A DNA stretch of 29,041 nucleotides from Deferribacterales bacterium (GTDB taxonomy: Bacteria; Chrysiogenota; Deferribacteres; Deferribacterales; Geovibrionaceae). Positions 18,401 to 28,165 of the stretch are shown one piece after another. The notes under the pieces are model-generated. The model had not been told where the DNA came from and did no database searches. It worked only from the letters and a program-made list of their open reading frames with translations. The position numbers and the translations under genes were made by a program. Numbering within the stretch: position 1 is the first letter of the stretch; each line of letters opens with the position of its first letter. The DNA lies in contig JBFWJG010000034.1 in the NCBI GenBank assembly GCA_050253335.1, forward strand, positions 1 through 29,041, in the 5' to 3' direction.

Positions 18401-18488
18401 AAAAGAAGGAGACAGCTTCAGCCTGCATTCCGATCCGAAGCAGTCTTGGCTCGGGTGGGCGCCGGATCTGAGCATTAAACGCCCCTGA
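15468..18488 (+). CDS. Multi-MCE lipid-transport tunnel protein, LetB/YebT (PqiB)-like, 8 MCE domains
   Basis: N-terminal TM (SPVWLTPLLAL), eight MCE repeats, GLETLISGSYIE and GGISFATP motifs; ATGA overlap with pqiA. Confidence 0.9.
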   Translation: MNAGLPQGLKIKRGLLSPVWLTPLLALCITLWLLYNGYVNRGKEIVIQFESGSELVPEKTPVKYRGITVGKVKDVRIAESPDKVEAVVILAKEAEILAKEGMMFWIVKPRLGFNKITGLETLISGSYIEVLPPTFDEEKISALSEETYFIGLSEPPDAEISEDALTLRLQTRTNQYLIKGVPVFFKGMNAGQVTGVRFDPKTGIYDINISVNKEYRQYVTSETSFWDVGGLEVKFDSAGLSIESAPLGSLISGGISFDNSPYSEGQPVENGHLFELFGSEEKSRLSEKSLTIHMENAGGIKAGRTPVMFMGLPAGLVTEVEPSADFRKIKAQVRLNREYEKLAAEETRFVLVRPSFSLNGITGLSTVLSGVYLEIHPGGGREASEFTLSEHTPAKGETDGRRLTLSASAKGSLDVMSGIYFKNIQIGHITDVRLTGNRSVELDAVIYSDYSALADEGLYFSRDEGLSMRLDSGGLSIDTESLTALMRGGIRAEHFGRGMSSASLHESSAEARKTYYKDTGIKTVKLASADAEDFAEGDSVFFKGIKVGEIGSFSLNSTGSGVLTELLIYPGYTDLVTPHSVFHKSGGISLEADAAGLRIQAPALKAAIGGGIAFFNPEKKLLGCDNGIYAFYESRSDAEKALMLAGSGRRITLTAADAVPPSAGADVYYRNMNAGTVTEVKPGKDGNAELTLFIKPEFAGFIGDKTRFWLEGGMEMRADSSGFTFKSKPVKAYIENAVYFDSFSKAKDTGILYPDSQSAHEADMTKIFVTFPYPVGIKRGAPLMNGSAEAGYAAESVIKDGTTRTAVLVRDEFADGLAESALFWTENFRISPEGIENPDSVILGTKIAMKSGKGKALSEFTALAEAPSPFEGKEGLRIRLISPARHSLEKGSPVYYRQIETGGVEKISLSEDGRSVEISVFIDEKYRHLVRENSVFWNSGGVGTKINLFGVKVRTESVKTLLMGGISFATPDDADNQAKEGDSFSLHSDPKQSWLGWAPDLSIKRP

Positions 18489-18516
18489 GTTCGCATACAG
18501 TTAACATTTCAGAACA

Positions 18517-18541
18517 AAAGCCCCGTATTGTGGGGCTTTAT
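18517..18541 (+). terminator. Intrinsic terminator after MCE operon
   Basis: AAAGCCCC-GTATTGT-GGGGCTTT. Confidence 0.7.
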
Positions 18542-18755
18542 CTTAAACTCATATCACCGAACATTAATTTTTTATGAACATTCTCAGAAAAAGCTTGACT
18601 TGTTACATATGATGCACATTTTATAGCCCTATATAAACATAAAAGTTATTCCAAGGGTATATGTCACACAAATTATAACCCAATGCCTTTTCTTTTATTA
18701 TCCTTAATATTCAGGCACATAGCTTTTTTGAATTTTTTATGAACCGGTGGTAAAA

Positions 18756-20786
18756 ATGAAAATCAGAAGTATTCGAGTCAAGTACTCACTTTTCTTCGGC
18801 GGCCCGCTGCTTGTTATCTTTTTTATACTCGCAGCCATGACATCAGGCGGAGTAAAAAAAGAGATGCTTGAGGAAACCAGAAATCAGCTCGCAGCGACAT
18901 CAGTCCTCCTTAACGAAACAATCTCCCTGTTTTATGACCAGTCACTCAAGGTTGTGCAGTCAAACTTCAGCGAATTCAAAACCGTTCTCTACAGCGGCGG
19001 AAGTTTCACTCTTGACCCCGAAGCGGCACTGGAAGTCGAGGCTGTAAACCAGACCACATCAGAAAGGGAACAGATCCGAATCCCCGTTATGCTCTACAGT
19101 GGCAGCAGGGTTTACACCAACTTTGAACTGGTGGACGGCATTGCTGAAAAAGCAAATATAGAAGGCCTCACGGCAACTGTTTTTCAGGCGTTTGACAAAG
19201 GCCTGCTGCGCATAACCACCAATGTCCACAAAGCGGACGGAGAAAGGGCTGTCGGCACATATATCCCCAAAGACTCGGAAGTTTACCGAACCGTGGCATC
19301 CGGAAAAACATACAAAGGCAGAGCATTTGTGGTCAGCGGATGGTACTGGACGGTTTATGAGCCCATAATGGAGAACGGCAGGCTTATCGGCGTTCTTTAT
19401 GTGGGCATATCCGAGAAAGTTCTCCTCAACGACCTCAGAAAAGCCTTCAGCAGCGTCAGAATAGGCGAGACCGGATTCCCTTTCATCATCAACTCTGACG
19501 GAACCTACATTCTCCACAAAACCCTTGAGGGGCAGAACGGCCTGACGGAAAAGGATGATGACGGCATTGAATACATAAAAACAATGACCGAAACAAAAAA
19601 CGGCGAAATAATATACTCCAAAGACGGCGAAAACATGATGTACAGCTACCGCACCTTCGAAGCCACCGACTGGGTGATCGCAGCAGGTTCAAAGGAATAT
19701 GAATTCCTCTCGCACCAGAGAGCTGTCATGAAAAACCTCGCGTGGATACACGTCACGGCGCTGGTTCTGCTCTGTCTGGTTGTCATAGTTGTAACGGGTG
19801 TTCTCTCCAAAGACATCATTTTCCTGAAAGAAAAAATGACCGATGAGAAAGACCTCACGAAGAAAATCTCACTTAAAAGGGAGGACGAGCTCGGCACGCT
19901 GGCCAGATTCATGAATGCATTCATAGAAAATCTGCGCGGCATAATCTATCAGGTTAAAACCAGCACCATAGAGCTTTCCAGCATCAATAACGAACTGGCC
20001 TCCACCACGGAGGAATTCTCAAGCACATTCACCCAGCAGACCACGGAGCTGAAGGAGATCAACGGAGAAATAATAACCGTGCGGGAGAACACCGACCAGG
20101 TTGAGCACAATCTGGAAAAAGTCGCGGAACAGACTGACAGCACTGTCTCCAAAACCAGAGACGGCGCACGCAAGCTGGATGAATCCATGCATATCATCAA
20201 TGATATAAGACAGAAGGTCGCCGAACTCGGCGGAACAGTGCGGAATCTGTCGGAATCATCAATGGAGATAGGCAACATAGTGAGTGTCATAAACGACATA
20301 GCGGATCAGACAAACCTTCTCGCCCTCAACGCGGCAATAGAAGCGGCAAGGGCGGGGAACGCCGGAAGAGGTTTTGCCGTTGTTGCGGACGAGGTTCGCA
20401 AGCTCGCGGAAAAAACCCAGAACGCCACACAGCAGATCGGCGGAATTATCAGCTCTCTCCAGAGTGAAACAAAAACAGTGACTGGGACAATGAACAAGGC
20501 TTCAGAAACTGTTGAAAAAGGGGTGAGCATAATAGGCGAGGCAAAAGAGAGCTTTGACGGCATTGTAAAATCCATGGATCAGATAAAATCGGTTAATGAT
20601 GTGATGGCTCAGTCCGTAACATCGCAGACAAACGCGCTGGTGAACATAAGCCACAGGCTGGACAGCGTAACCACAGGGGTGGAGCAGAGCGTTTACGCCG
20701 TGCAGACAGTGAGCGAAACCGTGGCTCACCTCCAGAAACAGGCAAACGACCTGATGCAGATCACCTCCGGTTTCAGGACGGAATAA
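18756..20786 (+). CDS. Methyl-accepting chemotaxis protein with Cache (Cache_3-Cache_2-like) sensor
   Basis: ATVFQ...RITTNV...GERAVGT...YKGRAFVV...YEPI Cache motif, two TMs, [20 protein letters not shown] signalling tip. GTG 18747 is the alternative start. Confidence 0.93.
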   Translation: MKIRSIRVKYSLFFGGPLLVIFFILAAMTSGGVKKEMLEETRNQLAATSVLLNETISLFYDQSLKVVQSNFSEFKTVLYSGGSFTLDPEAALEVEAVNQTTSEREQIRIPVMLYSGSRVYTNFELVDGIAEKANIEGLTATVFQAFDKGLLRITTNVHKADGERAVGTYIPKDSEVYRTVASGKTYKGRAFVVSGWYWTVYEPIMENGRLIGVLYVGISEKVLLNDLRKAFSSVRIGETGFPFIINSDGTYILHKTLEGQNGLTEKDDDGIEYIKTMTETKNGEIIYSKDGENMMYSYRTFEATDWVIAAGSKEYEFLSHQRAVMKNLAWIHVTALVLLCLVVIVVTGVLSKDIIFLKEKMTDEKDLTKKISLKREDELGTLARFMNAFIENLRGIIYQVKTSTIELSSINNELASTTEEFSSTFTQQTTELKEINGEIITVRENTDQVEHNLEKVAEQTDSTVSKTRDGARKLDESMHIINDIRQKVAELGGTVRNLSESSMEIGNIVSVINDIADQTNLLALNAAIEAARAGNAGRGFAVVADEVRKLAEKTQNATQQIGGIISSLQSETKTVTGTMNKASETVEKGVSIIGEAKESFDGIVKSMDQIKSVNDVMAQSVTSQTNALVNISHRLDSVTTGVEQSVYAVQTVSETVAHLQKQANDLMQITSGFRTE

Positions 20787-20803
20787 TCAAAAAAATAGAA
20801 CAT

Positions 20804-20835
20804 AAAGGCCTGAGCGGTTTACTCAGGCCTTTTTT
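20804..20835 (+). terminator. Intrinsic terminator after first MCP
   Basis: AAAGGCCTGAG-loop-CTCAGGCCTTTTTT. Confidence 0.85.
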
Positions 20836-20940
20836 AATCTTTACATCTCCCCTTAATTGAATATTATGAACACAGACAGTTCATCATTATAAATTATTAT
20901 TTTCCGTAACAGTCAGAGAATCTGGCTAAAAGAGGGGATC

Positions 20941-23229
20941 ATGTTCGCAAATACATCCGTTAAGCTGCGGCTGATCGGGGCTGTTTTTTTCTGCCTTGTT
21001 CTGCTGAGCTCAGTCATAACATTCGTCACAGTAAGCAAAAGCTTTCACTCAGCCTCGGAAATGAAGCTCGCCCAGATGGATTCCGTGAGGGAAGCCAAAA
21101 AGAATCATGTGGAAGACTATTTTTCCCAGCTTTCCTCACTGATAATAACCACGGCCGCAGGCACTCAGGTTAAAGAGGCGTTCGAGGGCTTCAGCGGAAC
21201 CTTCTACTCCATTGAGGAAGAGACAGGCATCATATACGACTACATCAGTGAAGATACGCAGGAGCATTACGAGAAGCAGTATCTGGACATGGTCAGCTAT
21301 GATGTTCCGGGCAGTTCCCCCAGAAGAGCCGCGGAGGAATACATCCCCGCCGATCCCAACGCCCGCGCCGCACAATATCTCTACATTATAAACAATCCCG
21401 AAGAGGCAGGTGAAAAAAACAACCTTCTCAGACCGCTGGGATTTTACTGCGGATATGTGGAAGTACACGACAGGTTCCACCCCGAATTCAACATGATGCT
21501 GAAGAAATTTTCCCTATTCGATATATTTCTTATTAACCCGAAAGGGGATCTGGTCTACTCGGTGTTCAAGAAAAAGGACTACGCAACGAATCTTTTCAGC
21601 GGCCCCTATGCAGGCACAGGTCTGGGCGATGCTTTTCAGAAAGGGATAAAGCTTAATGAAGGCGAGATGTACATCAATGATTTCAGGCCTTATGAACCAA
21701 GCTACAACCTTCCCGCAGCCTTCATATCATCCCCTGTGTACAAAAACGGCGTGCTTTTAGGCGTGCTGATATTCCAGATGCCCGTAACGAAAATTGACGA
21801 TGTAATGAGCTTCGGCGGGAAATACGAAGAGGCGGGGCTGGGCAGCACCGGCGACAGCTACATAGTGGGGGGCGACTTCACAATGCGCAGCAACAACCGC
21901 TTCGTGAAGGACAATGAAGATCCTCTGGTGAAAAAACTCGGCACTGTCATCGGCTTTTTCAAGGCGGAAAGCGATTCCGCGAAGCGTGCGCTCAGCGGGG
22001 AATCAGGCTCCCGCATAACAGAAAACTACTCAGGAAAAAAAGTTCTCAGTTCATACGCAAAGCTTAATATTCCCGGGCTTGACTGGGGCATAATAGTCGA
22101 GATGGACGAGAGCGAGGCTCTGCGTGATGCGAGAAGCCTCAGAATCACACTGATAATCACAGGATGCGCCATAACCGCCGGTGTTGTCCTCATTATGCTT
22201 TTCTTCATAAACAGCATTGTTCTCAGACCGCTGAAACTTGTTACGGAGCGCATTCAGGAGCTTGTTTCAGGCGATGCGGATCTGACCAAACGAATAGATA
22301 TAGGAGCCGGAGACGGCGGGAAATCGGACAATGAGATAATAACCCTCACTGGATATATAAACACATTCGTGGGGATGGTTCAGGAGATAGTCGCAGATGT
22401 TAAAGGAAAATCTGAGGAGCTTAATTCCGGCTCAAGCGATATAACAGGTCTCGCTGAAAACCTCTCCGCCTCTCTCGGCAGACAGTCCGGCAGGATAGGG
22501 GAAATAGCATCCGCCATGGAAGAAATGTCCGCCACTTCGGAAATTGTGCTGGATAATGTCAAGGAAGCCCTGACTCGGGCTGATTCCGCGGCAGGCATAA
22601 CCCGCGAGGGAATGAGCGCACTGAAAGAGGTTGTCTCCAGCATCGGACAGATCAGAAGCAGGGTCAACGAACTTTCGGAAATCATAGGCGGACTCGGCGA
22701 GTCCTCTTCAAGGATAGGCGAGATCCTCAATGTCATAAGCGATATAGCAGATCAGACAAACCTTCTGGCACTCAATGCCGCAATAGAAGCGGCAAGAGCG
22801 GGCGAAGCGGGAAGAGGCTTTGCCGTTGTCGCAGACGAGGTGCGCAAGCTGGCGGAACGGACTCAGACAGCCACAACGGAAATCGGCGGAATAATCTCCC
22901 TTCTTCAGAAGGAATCGGGCAATGCGGCAAAACAGATGCTGAACGCTGAAAAAACTGTGGGCGAAGGGGAAAAGGTGATCGAAAAAGCAAACGGGCTCTT
23001 TGTGGAGATTGTCTCTTCCGTGGAGGATATACATAAGTCAAACTCCAACATCGAATCCACTGTGAACGAACAGAACAGCGCCGTTCAGTCCGTAACAGAG
23101 AGCATTAACCGCATATCCGCCGATGTGGAAAACAGCAGCGCGGACACAGTCTCAGTCTCTGAAAGCCTCCGCGGACTCAGCAGGCTGGCAGAAGAGATGG
23201 ATGACTCTGTGAACAGATTCAGAACATAA
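20941..23229 (+). CDS. Methyl-accepting chemotaxis protein with dCache-like sensor and HAMP domain
   Basis: [55 protein letters not shown] region, [38 protein letters not shown]. Confidence 0.93.
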   Translation: MFANTSVKLRLIGAVFFCLVLLSSVITFVTVSKSFHSASEMKLAQMDSVREAKKNHVEDYFSQLSSLIITTAAGTQVKEAFEGFSGTFYSIEEETGIIYDYISEDTQEHYEKQYLDMVSYDVPGSSPRRAAEEYIPADPNARAAQYLYIINNPEEAGEKNNLLRPLGFYCGYVEVHDRFHPEFNMMLKKFSLFDIFLINPKGDLVYSVFKKKDYATNLFSGPYAGTGLGDAFQKGIKLNEGEMYINDFRPYEPSYNLPAAFISSPVYKNGVLLGVLIFQMPVTKIDDVMSFGGKYEEAGLGSTGDSYIVGGDFTMRSNNRFVKDNEDPLVKKLGTVIGFFKAESDSAKRALSGESGSRITENYSGKKVLSSYAKLNIPGLDWGIIVEMDESEALRDARSLRITLIITGCAITAGVVLIMLFFINSIVLRPLKLVTERIQELVSGDADLTKRIDIGAGDGGKSDNEIITLTGYINTFVGMVQEIVADVKGKSEELNSGSSDITGLAENLSASLGRQSGRIGEIASAMEEMSATSEIVLDNVKEALTRADSAAGITREGMSALKEVVSSIGQIRSRVNELSEIIGGLGESSSRIGEILNVISDIADQTNLLALNAAIEAARAGEAGRGFAVVADEVRKLAERTQTATTEIGGIISLLQKESGNAAKQMLNAEKTVGEGEKVIEKANGLFVEIVSSVEDIHKSNSNIESTVNEQNSAVQSVTESINRISADVENSSADTVSVSESLRGLSRLAEEMDDSVNRFRT

Positions 23230-23288
23230 GATGATTTGCAGGATGCTTTTCATAGGGTAAAATTACTCAGAAGCCTCCGGAGGTTTAT

Positions 23289-23426
23289 ATGAGGATTGTT
23301 ATTACAGCAGTTATTCTCTCACTGCTTGTTTTATCTGTTTCGGCATGTGCAGGCAAACAAACAGCACCCGGGCAGATACAGAAAGAAACAGGGTACAACC
23401 CTAAATCAGGCAAAGTAAAAAAGTAA
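23289..23426 (+). CDS. Small lipoprotein (45 aa), not in ORF track
   Basis: GGAGG SD; MRIVITAVILSLLVLSVSA-CAGKQTAPGQIQKETGYNPKSGKVKK with lipobox VSA-C. Promoter-like TTGCAG-N16-TAAAAT at 23236-23263 and a hairpin downstream. Confidence 0.8.
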   Translation: MRIVITAVILSLLVLSVSACAGKQTAPGQIQKETGYNPKSGKVKK

Positions 23427-23434
23427 TCCCCAAA

Positions 23435-23454
23435 GGCGGGGAGTTCTCCCCGCC
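23435..23454. terminator. GC hairpin between convergent lipoprotein and ADH genes
   Basis: GGCGGGGAG-TT-CTCCCCGCC. Confidence 0.65.
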
Positions 23455-23466
23455 GGAGCATTTTCG

Positions 23467-24507
23467 CTATTCAGCTTCTATAATCACTTTAAGAGCCTTG
23501 GTGTCCGCGGCTTTTCCGAACACCTCATAGGCCTTCATAATATCCGTCAGTCTGAATCTGTGAGTTATCAGAAGCTTAGGGTCTATCTTCTCTGCCTGAA
23601 CCGTTTTGAGGAGCATGGGCGTGCTCACCGTGTCCACCAGTCTGGTGGTGATTGTGATATTGTGCGACCAGAGATCCTCAAGGTGCAGATCAGCCTTCAC
23701 TCCGTGAACGCCGATATTGGCGATTGTTCCTCCCGCCGCCACTATCCTCTGGCAGAGAACAAATGTAGCCGGAACCCCCACGGCTTCTATGGATGTGTCC
23801 ACCCCTTTGCCGCCTGTTATTTCCATAACTTTTTCAATCGCTTTGCCGTCTCCGCTGTTTATGGTGTGAGTTGCGCCGAAGTGCTTAGCAACGGAGAGGC
23901 GGTTGTCGTCAAGGTCTATCATTATGATTTCCGCTGGTGAGTAGAACTTCGCTGTAAGCAGAGCCGCAAGCCCTATGGGACCTGCGCCGACTATGGCGAC
24001 AGAGCTTCCGGGAGCAACACGGCCGTTGAGAACTCCGCACTCAAACCCTGTGGGCAGAATATCGCTGAGCATGACCAGAGCCTCCTCGTCTGCACCCTTA
24101 GGTATGTGGTAGAGGCTGGTCTCCGCATGGGGTATGCGCACATACTCCGCCTGAGTTCCGTCTATGGTGTTGCCGAGAATCCATCCGCCCGTTGTGCAGT
24201 GGGAGAACATGCCCTTACGGCAGAATTCGCATCTGCCGCATGCGGATATGCATGAGATAAGCACACGGTCGCCTTTCTTGAAAGAGGCTACTCCGCTGCC
24301 GGCCTTTTCCACAATTCCCACACCTTCATGACCCAGAACACGCCCGGGTGTGCATGAGGGTACATCGCCTTTGAGAATATGCAGATCGGTTCCGCATATG
24401 GTTGTTTTGGTGATTTTGACTACCGCATCCCCCGCGGACTGAATGTCCGGCACGGGGCGGTCTTCCAGAGCCTTTTGTCCGGGACCTTTGTAAATAAGAG
24501 CTTTCAT
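23467..24507 (-). CDS. Zinc-dependent alcohol dehydrogenase (MDR superfamily)
   Basis: ICGTDLH, GHEGVG, CGRCEFCRKGMFSHC structural Zn site, LSDILPTG, GAGPIG. Start at MKALIY with GGAGG SD. Confidence 0.93.
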   Translation of the reverse strand: MKALIYKGPGQKALEDRPVPDIQSAGDAVVKITKTTICGTDLHILKGDVPSCTPGRVLGHEGVGIVEKAGSGVASFKKGDRVLISCISACGRCEFCRKGMFSHCTTGGWILGNTIDGTQAEYVRIPHAETSLYHIPKGADEEALVMLSDILPTGFECGVLNGRVAPGSSVAIVGAGPIGLAALLTAKFYSPAEIIMIDLDDNRLSVAKHFGATHTINSGDGKAIEKVMEITGGKGVDTSIEAVGVPATFVLCQRIVAAGGTIANIGVHGVKADLHLEDLWSHNITITTRLVDTVSTPMLLKTVQAEKIDPKLLITHRFRLTDIMKAYEVFGKAADTKALKVIIEAE

Positions 24508-24716
24508 GCTGTTCCTCCGTACAGATGTTGAAACGCGCCTCAAGCTTTCTTTCAGAATCATTACTCCTGACACCGCCTGTGTCAGCAGCCTATATTAATA
24601 ATAATTGGTTTCATGAAGAGATGTGTCAAGGGGGAGGGGCAGAATGCGCATCTATGTAAATCATACTTTACAAAAGATGACAAAAGATGTAAGTTACATT
24701 TTACATAGGTGATGTA

Positions 24717-25943
24717 ATGTTCGATTTTGAGATATGGTTTGCAGAGCAGACTCTTCTGCTTAAAAAAATACCTGAGAAAAATGCCCGTTATCTTTACGGA
24801 AAAATCAACTGGAACAACCCCTGCATCGGCATACTCGGCGCGCGGGGAACGGGCAAGACAACACTTATGATGCAGTTCCTCAAATCCGCTGATAAAGGAA
24901 ACGGAAATGCGCTTTATGTATCCGTTGACAACCCGCGTTTTCAGGGGATGCCGCTGAATGAGTTTGCTTCTGAATTTGCTAAAAGCGGAGGCGAGCTTCT
25001 TTGTCTGGACGAAGTGCATAAATATCCTGACTGGTCAAAGCACATCAAAGCCATACACGATTCAAGACCGGATCTGAAGGTTGTTTTCTCAGGTTCCAGC
25101 CTCCTTCAGATGAATATGCAGGATGCCGACCTAAGCCGCAGAGCCGTGTTTTACCATCTGGACGGGCTGTCGTTCAGGGAGTATCTGAACCTCGCCCACA
25201 ACTGCGGTTATGCACCCTGTGATATTGAAGACATAATCACAGATCACGCAGGCATAGCGGGCGGAATATACGAAAAAACGCCGAAGATACTGAAATATTT
25301 CACTGAATACCTGTCGCACGGCTGTTATCCGTTTTTTCTTTCGGACAAAGCCACATTCCATATGCGCCTCGCAAATGCCATCAAGGAGGTTCTGGAAACA
25401 GATATGGGATTTGTGTGCGATATAAAATATGCCAAGATTCATCAGATTAAAAAACTGCTGTATATGCTCGCCGTAACTCCTCCGTATGAAATGAAAAAAA
25501 CCGGACTGGCACAAGCAACAGGCATAGACAGGGTCACAATGAACGAGTACCTGATCTATCTCCGTGAAGCAGGGCTGGTAAACCTTATCAAGCCGGAAGG
25601 GAGAGGTGACGGAGCCGTGCGGAAAACAGAGAAACTGCTGATAGCCAACCCGAATATTCTCTATGCAATCAGCTCCAAACCGGACATAGGAACAGTCAGG
25701 GAGGTTTTCTTCATCAACCAGATCGGAAACTTCTACCGCATGCAGGATAATTTTCTGCCTGTTTCAGTGGAATATGCCAAAAACGGAGACTATTCAGCAG
25801 GCGGGCGGGTGTTTGAAATCGGCGGGAAAAGTAAAAACTCCCGCCAGATTAAAGACATTGATAATGCGTTCGTTGTGTCCGACGGCATTGAAATAGGCTA
25901 CAGAAACAGAATCCCGCTCTGGCTGTTCGGAATGATGTACTGA
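24717..25943 (+). CDS. AAA_14-type ATP-binding protein (DUF4143-like C-terminus)
   Basis: Walker A GARGTGKT, Walker B LCLDEVHK, SGSS, DLSRR, LSFREYL, GCYP, C-terminal IPLWLFG. Confidence 0.88.
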   Translation: MFDFEIWFAEQTLLLKKIPEKNARYLYGKINWNNPCIGILGARGTGKTTLMMQFLKSADKGNGNALYVSVDNPRFQGMPLNEFASEFAKSGGELLCLDEVHKYPDWSKHIKAIHDSRPDLKVVFSGSSLLQMNMQDADLSRRAVFYHLDGLSFREYLNLAHNCGYAPCDIEDIITDHAGIAGGIYEKTPKILKYFTEYLSHGCYPFFLSDKATFHMRLANAIKEVLETDMGFVCDIKYAKIHQIKKLLYMLAVTPPYEMKKTGLAQATGIDRVTMNEYLIYLREAGLVNLIKPEGRGDGAVRKTEKLLIANPNILYAISSKPDIGTVREVFFINQIGNFYRMQDNFLPVSVEYAKNGDYSAGGRVFEIGGKSKNSRQIKDIDNAFVVSDGIEIGYRNRIPLWLFGMMY

Positions 25944-25977
25944 AAACCTTATGGGAGAGTATGCTGTTCATAACAAC

Positions 25978-26277
25978 TTACTCATCTGTAAGTTTTTCAT
26001 TTAATGAGTGCATTCTGAAATGTCTTATTGTCAGGATATGAACAGTACTGCTCTTTATCTCATAAACAATACCGTAATTATCAAAGACAAGCTCCCTGAC
26101 ATTATCCGAATCGATCTCCGGCAGTTTTCTGCCCATTGAAGGAAAAACATGCAGATTTTCGATCTTTTCTTTAAGTTTATCAAACCATAAGGCAGCATTT
26201 TCAGGGCTGTCCTCTGAAATATAATCAATGATTTCGGACGCACGCTTCAAGGCATTCGGAGACCATAAAATGTTCAT
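25978..26277 (-). CDS. Type II toxin, RelE/ParE superfamily
   Basis: WSPNA...IIDYISEDSPENA...FPSMGR..PE...RELVFDNYGIVYEI; ATGA overlap with the antitoxin. Confidence 0.88.
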   Translation of the reverse strand: MNILWSPNALKRASEIIDYISEDSPENAALWFDKLKEKIENLHVFPSMGRKLPEIDSDNVRELVFDNYGIVYEIKSSTVHILTIRHFRMHSLNEKLTDE

Positions 26278-26555
26278 CTGTTCAGAAGACCTTCAAGTCT
26301 GGCGAGGGCATCATCATTGGAAATACCCTTTCCTTCTGCAAGTTCCTGCCGTGCCGTATAAATTTCCTTCAATAATTCGAGTTCATTCATAAGCTTGTCA
26401 TATTCTGCGGCTTCAATAACCACGGCAGAGCATTTACCGTGCTGAGTCAGGGCAAGAGGGCGCTTTGTTTCCCTTAACCTGTTAAGATAATGCGTTATAT
26501 TTGCTCTGAAATCCGTAACAGACTGAATATCTTCATCTAAGAGCATTCTTTTCAT
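26274..26555 (-). CDS. Type II antitoxin, Phd/YefM family
   Basis: SVTDFRAN...RPLALTQHGKCSAVVI..AEYD; GGAGG SD before ATG 26555. Confidence 0.9.
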   Translation of the reverse strand: MKRMLLDEDIQSVTDFRANITHYLNRLRETKRPLALTQHGKCSAVVIEAAEYDKLMNELELLKEIYTARQELAEGKGISNDDALARLEGLLNR

Positions 26556-26573
26556 AAATGCCTCCGCCTTATA

Positions 26574-26589
26574 GTACATTATAATGTAC
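26574..26589. promoter_or_regulatory. Putative TA operator palindrome containing TATAAT
   Basis: Perfect 16-bp palindrome GTACATTATAATGTAC just upstream of the antitoxin SD. Confidence 0.7.
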
Positions 26590-26624
26590 GTTAAAAAATA
26601 CAGATTTCAATACAAAAACCGTTC

Positions 26625-26966
26625 TCACCCCTTCTTCACAAACTCCGATTTCAGCTTCATGGCGCCGATTCCGTCTATTTTGCAGTCGATGTTGTGGTCG
26701 CCATCCACAAGGCGGATGTTCTTCACCTTCGTGCCGACCTTCACCACCTGGGATGAGCCCTTGATTTTCAGGTCTTTTATAACAGTGATGCTGTCGCCTT
26801 CGTTAAGCTCGTTTCCGTAGGCATCGCGCACGGCAGTTTCCGCAGACGGAGCTTCCGCATCTGCTTCGGCGTTCCATTCATGGGCGCATTCGGGACAGAT
26901 AAAAAGTGCCCCGTCCTCGTAAGTGTATTCCGATCCGCATTGCGGACAGTTCGGCAGTTTTGACAT
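26625..26966 (-). CDS. yjdM: YjdM/PhnA Zn-ribbon protein
   Basis: [16 protein letters not shown]...CPECAHEW...DA.GN.L..GDS...[47 protein letters not shown]. Confidence 0.93.
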   Translation of the reverse strand: MSKLPNCPQCGSEYTYEDGALFICPECAHEWNAEADAEAPSAETAVRDAYGNELNEGDSITVIKDLKIKGSSQVVKVGTKVKNIRLVDGDHNIDCKIDGIGAMKLKSEFVKKG

Positions 26967-26990
26967 TTTGTTTCCCTTTGAGCTTATTTA

Positions 26991-28157
26991 CTATCTTATT
27001 GGTTCTGTACCTTCGTTAAGTATATTTATATAGTCCATATAAGTATATACCCTGCGGCGCTCCTTTCCTGTTATCTCTTTGACAATGCCCATGGATTCCA
27101 GAACAGCCAAATTTCTCAGCACCGTAGGCAGTGACATTCCGCAGGCATCCTTAAGTTTCGCTGTACTCACAATAGGATGGCTCTGCATATATTTATGTAT
27201 AGTCAACACAGAAGCGTTTGATTTTTCTGAACTTTCAATCTTTTTTCTATCCGCATCAAAGAGAGATATAATTTTTCTGGCTGTTTCCGTTGCCTGCCCT
27301 GCTGTGGCCTCAACACCCTCCAGAAAAAACTTTACCCACTCCTCCCATTCGCCCTTCTCCCTGACACTCTGCAAATGGCTGTAATATTCATCTCTGCGGT
27401 TTTTAAAATAGAGGCTGAGATAAAGCAGCGGTTCCTTCAGCAGACCATCGACGCATAAAAGAAAAGTAATCAGAAGCCTCCCCAAACGCCCGTTGCCATC
27501 AAGAAAAGGGTGGATTGTTTCAAACTGAACATGCGCCACAGCAGCCTTTATCAATGCCGGCATTTTAACTCTTTCGTCATGGAGAAATTTCTCAAAGTTA
27601 TCCAGACACTCCATCACATATTCAGGCGGTGGTGGAACAAACAGAGCATTTCCCGGTCTGCTTCCTCCTATCCAGTTCTGCGTTGTACGAAATTCACCGG
27701 GCTGTTTTGTTCCGCCGCGCGCATTAGTCATGAGTATAGTGTGTATCTCTTTTATAAGCCGGAGCGAAAGCGGAAAATCCCTGAGCCGTTCCAGTCCGTG
27801 GTTCATGGCAACAACATAGCTTGAAACCTCTGCCACATCATCAACAGGCACTCCCGGAACCTCATCGTTTTCATAAATAAGCAGATCGGAAAATGATGAT
27901 TGCGTCCCTTCTATCTGAGAAGAAAGAAGAGCCTCTTTTCTTACATACATATAAAGAAAAAGCTGCGGATCAGGCAGAACGACACTGAGACCGTCAAGCC
28001 TACCCACTGCAACTGATGCTCTGTCAAGCAGCGGGTATATTTCAGCCATATTTATGGGAGGATCCGGCGGCAGAGGTTTGGGCAAATAAGCACTGTAATA
28101 CTCGCCTCCGACAACGGAGCTTTTAATATACCGCCCTATTCTTTTACCATTATCCAC
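26991..28157 (-). CDS. Fic family protein (N-terminal inhibitory motif, C-terminal HTH)
   Basis: Catalytic HPFLDGNGRLGR, inhibitory SSQIEG, C-terminal HTH (MSLPTVLRNLAVLESMGIVKEITG). GTG 28157 preferred; 28184 is the alternative. Confidence 0.92.
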   Translation of the reverse strand: MDNGKRIGRYIKSSVVGGEYYSAYLPKPLPPDPPINMAEIYPLLDRASVAVGRLDGLSVVLPDPQLFLYMYVRKEALLSSQIEGTQSSFSDLLIYENDEVPGVPVDDVAEVSSYVVAMNHGLERLRDFPLSLRLIKEIHTILMTNARGGTKQPGEFRTTQNWIGGSRPGNALFVPPPPEYVMECLDNFEKFLHDERVKMPALIKAAVAHVQFETIHPFLDGNGRLGRLLITFLLCVDGLLKEPLLYLSLYFKNRRDEYYSHLQSVREKGEWEEWVKFFLEGVEATAGQATETARKIISLFDADRKKIESSEKSNASVLTIHKYMQSHPIVSTAKLKDACGMSLPTVLRNLAVLESMGIVKEITGKERRRVYTYMDYINILNEGTEPIR

Positions 28158-28165
28158 AATCCACC

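Noticed and set aside
20290..22860. Near-identical DNA segments in the two MCP genes
   Set aside because: Explained by the universally conserved MCP signalling hairpin, not a mobile repeat.
24582..25019. 145-aa minus-strand ORF overlapping the ATPase start
   Set aside because: Antisense to a well-supported gene, with no motifs.
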